A stretch of DNA of 64,000 nt from the human T2T-CHM13v2.0 reference genome, Homo sapiens: NCBI RefSeq assembly GCF_009914755.1, contig NC_060926.1; one strand, written 5' to 3'. This document shows, piece by piece, positions 55,035-64,000 of this stretch. The position numbers and the translations under genes are program-made. Each line of letters begins with the position of its first letter. The first letter of the stretch is position 1. The notes under the pieces are model-generated. The model was given only the letters and a program-made list of their open reading frames with translations. It was not told the origin of the DNA and searched no databases.

Positions 55035-56309
55035 CTATTTGTATTTTTATTCTTCATTCTTTCCTAAAGAAGAAATTAAGGCAATGATTTTAATAACTTG
55101 GGTTCTGTTACTTAACTGAAGTTTTATCATACCCAAATTAAATACATATCTCCTCCTTTCTATCCCCACAGGTACCAAATAACTATGACATATTTCTTTA
55201 GTTGAAAATACATTCATAAAAGGTGTGGGTATAAAATATCGAAGCTAATTTGTATAGAATTTTGGTCAGATTCAATAAATATTGGCTGGTTGGCAATCCC
55301 CTGATAGAGGCACAATGATATAGAAACGAGATGAGGCCCTGCCCTGCCTGGTAAAGCTTATAGCTTAATCCCAGGCTCTCCTTGGGATTAAGAAAGTCTT
55401 GCAAGGAAGTTAGAGGCAAAGAGGGAGATGAAGAGAGTTACATTCATAACCAAATTTAAATGAGTAGAAAAATATATATTTTGGCCAAGAACATTGACTA
55501 CTTTATGGGGAAATTGTTTGCTGCTCAGTTAATATGACTCTTGTGGGTGCGAGAAGTAAAGGAGAACTCAGAAATGAAAGGAAAGCAGTGGTGTGGCTGC
55601 ACGGTCCTCTCAGGCCAAACCCATTCTCAGAAGCTGGGATGAGTCAGGTGCGAAGAGAATGCAAGTTGCTCCAAGCCCATACCTCCTTTTTAAAACAAGG
55701 AAGGTAAAATGTTCTTAGGGTGCTAGACCCTGGCATCTTGAAAAGGAGTCATTTAACATAGTTCAAAGGCAAAGAAAGCCCTGGCCTAACCCTTCGTCTA
55801 TTCCTGCTAAGATGGGGAAGATAGGGCATGAACAGGAGGCAGTAGACATGAAGGTACTAACTGATATGAGCCCAGGCAAGAAGGAAGGGCGACCAAAATG
55901 GTATGTTTGACATCGAACCCAAAGTACTTCTGGCACTAAGGCAGAAACTAAGTAGAGTTTCTCGAAAACTCAAAAACTATCTATTATTTGTCTCTCTCTC
56001 TCTAGAGAAATGGAAGCTTCCAAAAAGAGCATTCCAGAGACAGTCTCTGGCAGCCAGTGAACTATGCTCAGTAGGGCAGAGCTATGACTCTGTGTCCAAG
56101 ATCACCAGCGTCTCATTTTAACGAAGAACGGATATGCAAAAAAAACCTTTGACTATCTTTGTTTTCCTTGTTATACACAGAGTTTGGAGGGAGCATATGT
56201 ATACATATGCCTGCTTTCTAAGATGTTCCCATGCTCAACAAAGCTACAATGTGACACGTGCTGCAGTAGCACACATGGTGAACATGCTGCCCAGTCTAGG
56301 GGTTCAGTC

Positions 56310-57197
56310 TCCTTTCTTTTTTAATTTTTATTTTATGGTGAGGGGTATATGTGCAGGTTTATTACATAGGTAAATTGTGTGTCACAGGGGTTTGGTGTAC
56401 AGATAATTTCATCACCCATGTGATAAGCATAGTACCTGATAGGTAGTTTTTTGGTCCTCTCCTTCCTCTCACCCTCTACCCTCAAGGAGGCTCTCAAGTC
56501 TGATATTCACACTCTATGTGTTGTTTTCTTTCTCAGCATGTGCTATAAAATGGAATTACCTATTGACAGGAGTGTTTTTTGTTTAACATCTCCCACCACA
56601 TTGTAAGTTCCATGCAGGTGGAAATAATTTCTGCTTTACTAGTCGTTGAACACCCAGCTTCTAATTTAATGCCTGGCTTATAACAGGCTTTCAAAAATAT
56701 TTTTGGAATAAATTAATTAAATGAGACACTGTAGGTGGCAGGGTCTATTCCAATGTCTAAATTATGTTTTTACAGGATCAACAGTGTCTGTTGTTCCCTT
56801 CTTTGAGTCCATATGTTCTCTTTGTTTAGCGCTGTCTTAGATGTGAAAAAATGCAGTATTTGGTTTTCTGTTCTTGTGTTAGTTTTCTAAGGATAATGTC
56901 CTCCAAATCCATCAATGTTGCTGAAAAGGACATGATCTTGGTTTTTTATGGCTATGTAGTATTCCATGGTGTATCTGCACCACATTTTTTTTATCTAGTC
57001 TACCCTTGGTGGGCATTTAGATTGATTGCATGTCTTTGCTATTGTGGACAGTGCTGCGACAAACATACGTGTGTATGGGTCTTTATGGTAGAATAATTTA
57101 TATTCCTTTGGGTATATACCAGTCATTCTAACCAGCATGAGATGCTATCTTATTGTGGTTTTCATTTGCATTTTTATTTGTTTACTGATGTTCAGCA
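56310..57197 (-). mobile_element. 5'-truncated L1PA15/16-like element, interrupted at 56490-56781 and internally deleted near 57120
   Basis: GGGGTATATGTGCAGGTTT..GGGGTTTGGTGTACAGATAATTTCATCACC; CACCCTCTACCCTCAAGGAGG resumes as CAGTGTCTGTTGTTCCCTTC at 56782. Confidence 0.92.
56490..56774 (-). repeat. Inverted copy of 59193-59478 (left arm, inserted copy)
   Basis: Manual alignment to the reverse complement of 59193-59478 gives 12 substitutions and one 1-bp indel. Confidence 0.97.
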
Positions 57198-57199
57198 AA

Positions 57200-57335
57200 C
57201 TGAACTGTGAGGCTCAACTCTGCCGCACATATTCTATCTGGCTATGGAAAAATCACTTCATAAATCTATGCTTCCATTTTTTTTTTTTTTATTTCTAGGA
57301 TGAGAAGGATGGACTAGAGGCTATCTAAAATACAT
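57200..57335 (+). mobile_element. MIR3-like fragment
   Basis: GGAAAAATCACTTC..ATGAGAAGGATGGACTAGA. Confidence 0.55.
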
Positions 57336-58366
57336 TATCTCATATACTTCAATTCTCGATATGAGAGCTCCCCACCCAATTTCTACAGCCCGCACCCTCA
57401 GGTCAGCAGCCGGGGGTTTTAATTCAGTTCTTGTGGCTGTGTTCACTGTGTCACCAATGGATATGAGGACCCAGTGCCAGGCTTGGTGTCATCTAAACTT
57501 ACACTTCCCAAGAGACCCAGTTTATTGCTATTTCTTGTAAAGCCATTTTTGCAATTTCTATCTTAATTTGATCTCATTTCAATTAATGTTTCAAGTGTAA
57601 TTTCATTAGACAATGTCAATCACTTAATAAAAATCAAGATCTACTGCAGTTATTGTTTTTCTTCCTTCTGTTTCATAATTTCCTCGTTAAAATCACCATT
57701 TGTGTGGCAAGGTTTGCCATTTGCATAGTTTTGATCCTCATTGTTTCCAAAACTGGTATCTTTTGCCCTTAAAATTGTTATCTTCACGCATGCAGATTTC
57801 CCTGCTTTCCCTTTTAAATATTATTTGGTTAAGGTGGTTATTGCCTTTGTCATGTAAAACTTTACAGAACTGTCATCTTCTGTCTTGACTTTATTTTTCC
57901 CTTCTTATTCAATTTCCCCCATTTTCCCAGAACACTTTTTTTTTTTTTGAAGTACAGAGATGTAATTGTTTCTCTTCACATTATGTGCTTGACAAAAGAA
58001 TTATTTTCTGTTTTGCTACCTCCCCTCCTCCACCAGAAAATATTTTCTTTATCTTCCCAGGAGCCACCCACATCTGTGTCCACCTGAACCTGACTCTGAG
58101 CATAGGGATGTGTGATTTCCACATACCATTTACACAAACTTCCATGTGGATGCTGGAGTGGAGGGAGGTTGTAAAAAGTAATTTGGAGGTTGGAAATCAC
58201 TGTAATAATCTTGTTCTTTTCTTTGATTTGTAAGCAGACACACAAGAGAAGCCTGGTACACTCTCCTCTTCTAAATGTATGCCTTGAACCTGAGGCCTCA
58301 AGGATAAATCTGAGATAGCAAGAATAAAACAAGAATAAAAGCTGTTCACCAGCTTGCCTAGAATGG

Positions 58367-58453
58367 CAGGGTGACCAACTCATCCTGGTGTGTCTGCAAC
58401 TTTCCCAGGAGAAAGTCCTGCAACATGGGGAAACTCTCATTCCCAGGCAAACC
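58367..58453. mobile_element. MER81 partial copy
   Basis: CAGGGTGACCAACTCATCCTGG..GAAAGTCCTGC..CCCAGGCAAACC. Confidence 0.75.
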
Positions 58454-58802
58454 TCTTATATGGCACAGAAACCTCCTCTTCTCTATTGGATCTGGATGAC
58501 CAATGACCTCTTTCAGCTGTGTGCCTTCAGCGAAATGTTTCTTCTTTGTCTGACTAAGCAACATGACTGTCCTCAATTTGTGTATGTGTGTATATAAAGG
58601 GGGTGACTGGGAGTGGGTATGAGCAATGGGAGAGGATCAGAGGTTGGGAAGCCAGAAGAGAGAAAAAAATCCTCACGATAATCTGAGAGATATGTAAACT
58701 CACAGGGATATCTGAACTTCTCTGTCTTCATTATCGTTATGTCAGGGTCCTCTGGTCATTACCTGCCTCAGCATGGAATGCACAGAGATAAACATCTTGA
58801 TC

Positions 58803-58935
58803 ATTACATATATATATATTTAACATATATTAAATTACATATATTATATATTAATAACATATTATAGATTATAATTTATATATTTTAATATTTATATTAA
58901 TAACAAAGTTTTATTTATATATATATTATATATAT
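58803..58935. repeat. AT-rich low-complexity (TA)n-derived tract
   Basis: Read directly. Confidence 0.85.
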
Positions 58936-59104
58936 GACTTGGTTATTAAAAGTCCCAAGACAAGCATTTGCAGTGGAAATTCAGTAAGGGAAGATTTAAC
59001 AGTCTGAGAGGTGGATGGCAAGACATGCTTCATGGGGGAGGTTGCTGCTATGTGGGTGTTATTTGGATAGACATAGAGAAGTAGGATCTAGGTGACTCTC
59101 CTGC

Positions 59105-59775
59105 CTGCTTATGCATTTACTAGTTCAATAGATAGCTGTTGAGTACATATATGGCATGATAGATACTCTGTTGAGTGCACAGTGTAAGATGATGTAAAAA
59201 CATAATTTAGACATTGGAATAGACCCTGCCACCTACAGTGTCTCATTTAATTAATTTAATCCAAAAATATTTTTGAATACCTGTAATGAGCCAGGCATTA
59301 AATTAGGTGCTGGGTGTTCAACTACTAGTAAAGCAGAAATTATTTCCACCTGCATGGAACTTACAGTGTGGTGGGAGATGTTAAACAAAAAACACTCCTG
59401 TCAATAGGTAATTCCATTTTATAGCACATGCTGAGAAATAAAACAACATATAGAGTGATGAATATCAGACTTGAGGGCACATGATTTCCTTCGGGAATTC
59501 AGCAGAGGCTCTCTCTGGGGAAAAGACGCTTGAGCTGAGACCTGAGTGATTAAGAAGAGGCAATTAGATGTCAGAGTGAAGAACATCCCAGGAGGTTGTC
59601 ACAGACCATGTGGTGGCCCCAACACAGAAATGAATGTGATGTGACAGGGATCTGGCCAAAGATTATTGAGCAAAGGGAAAGTGGTTCAGGGTGGAGTGGG
59701 AAGGGTGGGCAGGAGCACATCATGCTGGGTGCTGTGGCTCATGATAAGGGATCTGGATTTTATTCAAAGTGTAAT
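59105..59775 (-). mobile_element. Two abutting L2 pieces (junction ~59243); the second resumes at ~62850
   Basis: CATTTAATTAATTTAATCCAAAAATATTTTTGAATACC..GCCAGGCATT; TTGAGCTGAGACCTGAGTG; GGATTTTATTCAAAGTGTAAT. Confidence 0.8.
59193..59478 (+). repeat. Inverted repeat right arm (probable donor copy)
   Basis: Continuous with flanking L2 sequence on both sides, unlike the left arm. Confidence 0.95.
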
Positions 59776-59784
59776 CTATTTTCA

Positions 59785-62285
59785 AAAAAATAAACTTTTA
59801 TTTTAGAGCAGTTTTAGATTTAGAGAATTATTGAGAAGATAGTACAGAGTTTCCATATCCCCCACATCCAGTTTCCCTGTTATTTATATCTTACATTAGT
59901 ACAGTCCATTTGTCACAATTAATAAATCAATATGAATACATTACTACTCACTAAAGTCCACACTTTATTTAGATTTCCTCAGTTTTCTCCTAATGTCCTT
60001 TTTCTCTTTTATTATCCCACTAAGGATGCCACATTAGAATTAGTCATCGTGTCTCATTAGGCTCTCTTCATTGTGACCTCCTCAGATTTTCCTTGTTTTT
60101 TTATAACCTTAAAAGTTTTGAGGATTGCTGGTTAGATATTTTTTAAAATGTCCCCCAGTTTGGGATTTGTCTGATGTTTTTCTTATGATTGGACCGGGGT
60201 CACGGGTCATTGTGAGGAACACACAGAAGCAAAGTGTCCTTCTCATAATGTCATGTCAAGGGTACATATTATCAATATGACTTATCACTGTGCATATTGA
60301 CCTTGATCATCCAGCTTGAGGAACTATTTGTCAGGTCTTCCTACTGTAAAATTATTCTTTTTTCCCTTGGCATACTGTTTAGGGGGAAGTTCCTATGGGC
60401 AGCCCACATTTAAGGAGTGGAAAGTTAACCTCTACCCCCTTAAACACAGAAGATGTACATAAATTATTTGGGATTGTTATGTATGGAAGATTTGTCTACC
60501 CTTTCTCATTTATTTATATATTCAATTATTTATTTATATCAGCATGAATTAATGGATATTCATTTTATACTTTGGGTTATGATTAAACACTATTTTATTT
60601 GTTTTGTTGCTCGGTTGCTCAAGCTCTGGCCATTGAGGGCTCCTTCACTTGGTTCTTACGTCTCTTTGACATGCCCCTGACTGTGCGATTCATTTGTTGG
60701 TTTTTGAGCATTTTGTTACCTTCTGGCGCTACAAGATTTTCTAGTTTTAGCTTACGTATTTTCTGCCCCAGTCCTAGAATCCATTATTTCTTCAAGAAAC
60801 CCTGTTTCTTTTTGTTGGAGAATGGTGTTAGAAACCAAGATCTGGGTTGCAGATATACCCATTGTGTTGTTGCTTCAGACCTGCTTCAGCTAACACAGCA
60901 GAGTCACATGTGTGTGCCTGCTAACCTGTGTTACATAGACATGTGTTTAGATATAAACACAGATCGATACATATTTCCATATGTGATTATTTGTGTCTAT
61001 ATTAAGCTAAACATGAGTTTATACTGATGTCTCCAACTCTAATCCACTGCCCATGGATCTACCCACATGAAACTTATAATGTGATGAGAGAGACAGAGAG
61101 AGATGATCTTAGGTTGGTGCAAAGGTAATTGCTGTTTTTGCCATAACTTTTGCACCAACCTAATAAATAAACACTCTGATAAATAGATAATTCCAACTCT
61201 AATCCATGACCCATGGACTATTCTAACCTTCTACTCTTGCTTGTCTGTAACCTTGCACTGTAACAGTGAGAATCAGTCTCCCACTATTCACCATTCATTC
61301 AACTAATTGTTGAATTCCATATACTTGTATATGGTTTCGGAGTTGTTAACCCATAGCCCCATGGAAACAACTTATTATCTACAGTATGGTGATTTCTTCC
61401 TTTTGCCTGTAGTCTTATAGACTCCACTAATTTCCAAAGTTACTTAGGTCAGTACTTCATTTCCACATCCCTTTAGGGTGGTTGTTTCTTACATTTGCAA
61501 TACATTTATATTATTTTTTATAATATTCTGCATTTCATCCTGAAATCCTCTGATCTTCTACATAATGTTTACAAATGTATATACATTAAAATTTTTATTT
61601 GTTCTATAAAGTTCTGTAGGTTTTAACAAATGCTTAATGTCTGGTATTCACTGCAAGAGTATCATGCAAAAGAGTTTCATGCCCTAAAGCATCTTCTGTG
61701 CCTCACCTATCCAACCCTGCCTTTGCCCCCACACTCTTAAATAATCTGGGTTATCATTAATCTCTTTATTACCTTTACTGTTCTGTCTTCTCTAGGGTGT
61801 CATATAATCAAAATTCTATGCTATACAGCTTTTTCAAATGGTTTCTTTTACTTAGCAATATGCACTGAAGATTTATCCATATCTTTTCCTGGCTTGAGAG
61901 CCCATCTCTTTTTATTCCTGAATAATATCCCATTTTCTGGATGTGCCACAGTTTATTTATCCATTTGTCCACTGAAGTACATCTTGGTTGCTTCCTGGTT
62001 TTGGTGAGTATAAAGAAACCTGCTATAAATATTTGTACACAGCTTTTTGTGTAGAAATTGGCTTTCAAATCTGTCAGGCAAATACCTAGGAACATATATA
62101 CTTGATGGTATGGTAAGACTATGTTTACTTTTATAAGAAACTATAAAGCTGTCTTCCAAAATGTCTGTTTTATTTTGTCTTTCCACCAGCAATAAAGGAG
62201 AGTTCTGTTGCTCTGCATCCTTCTTAGCAGTTGGTGTTGTCACCTGTTTCAATTCTAGTCATTCAAATGAATGTGTAGTAGGGTT
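59785..62285 (-). mobile_element. L1MC1/2-like long 3' UTR plus ORF2 end
   Basis: AAACTTTTATTTTAGAGCAGTTTTAGATTTA..GATAGTACAGAGTTTCCATAT; ORF remnant DKWINKLWHIQKMGYY. Confidence 0.88.
61109..61163. mobile_element. MADE1 (Hsmar1-derived MITE), internally deleted to 55 bp
   Basis: TTAGGTTGGTGCAAAGGT ... ACTTTTGCACCAACCTAA followed by TA. Confidence 0.93.
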
Positions 62286-62507
62286 TTTATTAAAGAAAAA
62301 ATACATGCACAATTGTCAATTGCCCAGTGAGTCTTTGCTCAACATGTTTTACAGAATGAAGACTTAGAAGACTTTATATGTGCAGCCATGGATATAGTAT
62401 AGACCCTGAACTTTTGTCTAAACTTGAGGAAGCCATTTCTAGGATTGGGCTAGGCCCCCTACATAAACTGGAAAAATCCAGCTTCTTTTCCTTCAATCAA
62501 CCCAGAC

Positions 62508-62829
62508 CAGAGATTAAAAACTCAAATGCCTAATAAAACCAGGAAGGTATATTCTTTAGTGAAGTGGGCTGTGTAGAAAACAACAGCAGGGCAGACTGGG
62601 AGGAGCGAGTCTTGTCCATTTGGAACCACTTCTGTGTTTCAATTGCTGGTTTACACAGGGAATCAGACATAGTGTGAGCAAATATAATTTTTCAAGGGAC
62701 TCTGGGAATCTGAGTTTTATGCAAAATCTTCTGATTTTTAAATGTAGGCAGCTAATTAAAATCCTCTTCAGGACAAACAAAACATAGAGGCTCAAACCTT
62801 TAGGCTGACAACACCAATTTAAACCTTTA
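62508..62829. mobile_element. MER102 (hAT-Charlie)
   Basis: AAACTCAAATGCCT..AGTGAAGTGGGC; TTTTATGCAAAATCTTCTGATTTTTAAATGTAGGCAGCTAATT; ACAAACAAAACA. Confidence 0.8.
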
Positions 62830-62849
62830 TATATAAAGAGTGGTTTATT

Positions 62850-63200
62850 CATGAAGGCATTTTGTAAAGGTTTTTAATCCAGAAAATTTCATGAGCTGAA
62901 TTATGTTCCAAAAACCCTGTTAAAATAGTGTTGGAGAGATGCAAGAGAGGTCAGTTAGAAAAACATTTTAGTGATACAGGCAGATTATGCTGCTTGGACT
63001 AGAGTGTTGCAGTACAGATGGACAGAATTGGACAATTTGTGAAAGATGTGAGAAGTAGATTTTATTTCTACTGATGAGTTGGATAAGGATAGGTTGGGGT
63101 AAAGGAGGACCATGGATCAAAGCTGACTACCATGTTTCTACAATGAACTAGGGAGATATGGTGTTTACTGAGACAGAATAAACTGGCAAAGGAGCAAGAA
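62850..63200 (-). mobile_element. L2 continuation
   Basis: AAGGTTTTTAATCCAG, TGCTTGGACTAGAGTG, GGTGTTTACTGAGA. Confidence 0.7.
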
Positions 63201-63239
63201 AAAATGTTATTGAGATGAAAGGAAGAAGAAGGTATGTGG

Positions 63240-63365
63240 TATTATTATCTCTACTTCATGGTTAAGGAAACTGAGACCTTGAGAAGTTAAGTAATTTGCC
63301 CCAAATCACACAGAAAATATCTTGTAGATCTAGAAATCAGACCCAGGACTTCTGATTCTCAATTC
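63240..63365 (-). mobile_element. MIR
   Basis: AAGGAAACTGAGACCTTGAGAAGTTAAGTAATTTGCCCCAAATCACACAG. Confidence 0.85.
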
Positions 63366-64000
63366 AAAACTACCTAATTGTCCCTAATGTGTTTCATTGT
63401 TTTTAACCTAACATGGATTTGAACAAGAGAAGCCTAATCATTTTTAGGTACCAGATTTGGTAGAAAGGCTGGTACTTCACTGACCATTATATTATAATAA
63501 TGCAGCTCTGATGGACTCTAACCCAGAGGAGGGATGAAGAATCACAAGTATTGATTGGGTAAAAAATTACAATTTTGTAAACCTGCTATTATGCTATGAG
63601 GAAGGATAGGAAAGAGACTGAGGAAAATGATAAGACAATTGTACAGGGTATTAAACTACTAGTGCAAGACAACCGCAAGTCATGTTTTGATTTATCTTCT
63701 TTAATAAACACCTGAGAAGTTTGTGAGATCAACATCAGGTTTCTTCTGTGCAGTATGGCTTCTACATTTCTAAATTATAACCAGAAAACTGGTCGTATGA
63801 GGAATACAGGGACAGAGAGAAACAAAGATGTGCTATTTGGAGAAAGTGAGCAGGAGCAGAACCCTTATCTGAGAAGCAGCTTCTCATCTGATGTCTCTTC
63901 TGGGAATCTGTAGCAAGCATGTTTCTCTAAGGTGAGAGCCTCAGCCCTCAGAGAGAATCTCTCTGCCCCTAAGATGGGAAGGAATGCTGATAACCAGATA

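Noticed and set aside
57976-58440. Longest ORF in the window (154 aa)
   Set aside because: Non-ATG start inside a MER81 fragment and no recognisable protein features.
56490-59478. Inverted repeats read as terminal inverted repeats of a novel DNA transposon
   Set aside because: No TSD or transposase. The interior continues the flanking L1 and L2 collinearly, so the unit did not move as a block.

Overview
This is AT-rich, repeat-dense primate genomic DNA (probably human; AluY, AluS and AluJ are all present), either intergenic or deep-intronic. I see no credible protein-coding exon, RNA gene or CpG island, and the supplied ORFs are L1/Alu remnants or chance frames. The window is a layered record of transposons: L1PA, L1MA, L1MC and L1ME LINEs, many L2 and MIR fragments, nine full-length Alus plus one 5'-truncated Alu, MaLR/ERVL solo LTRs (MLT1, MST, LTR33-like) and small DNA transposons (MER81 x2, MER102, MADE1). 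The main unexplained structure is a ~285-bp, ~95%-identical inverted duplication. Genomic DNA from 59193-59478 was copied backwards into the 3' UTR of an L1PA15/16 at 56490-56774, with no poly(A) or target-site duplication (TSD), forming a long inverted repeat around a 2.4-kb loop. A second filler-DNA insertion, several fold-back (template-switch-like) micro-insertions, an AT palindrome cluster and a few motif-dense non-repetitive segments also merit a look. I found no evidence for a novel gene-encoded system. Subfamily names come from recalled consensus motifs, and the boundaries of old repeats are approximate.
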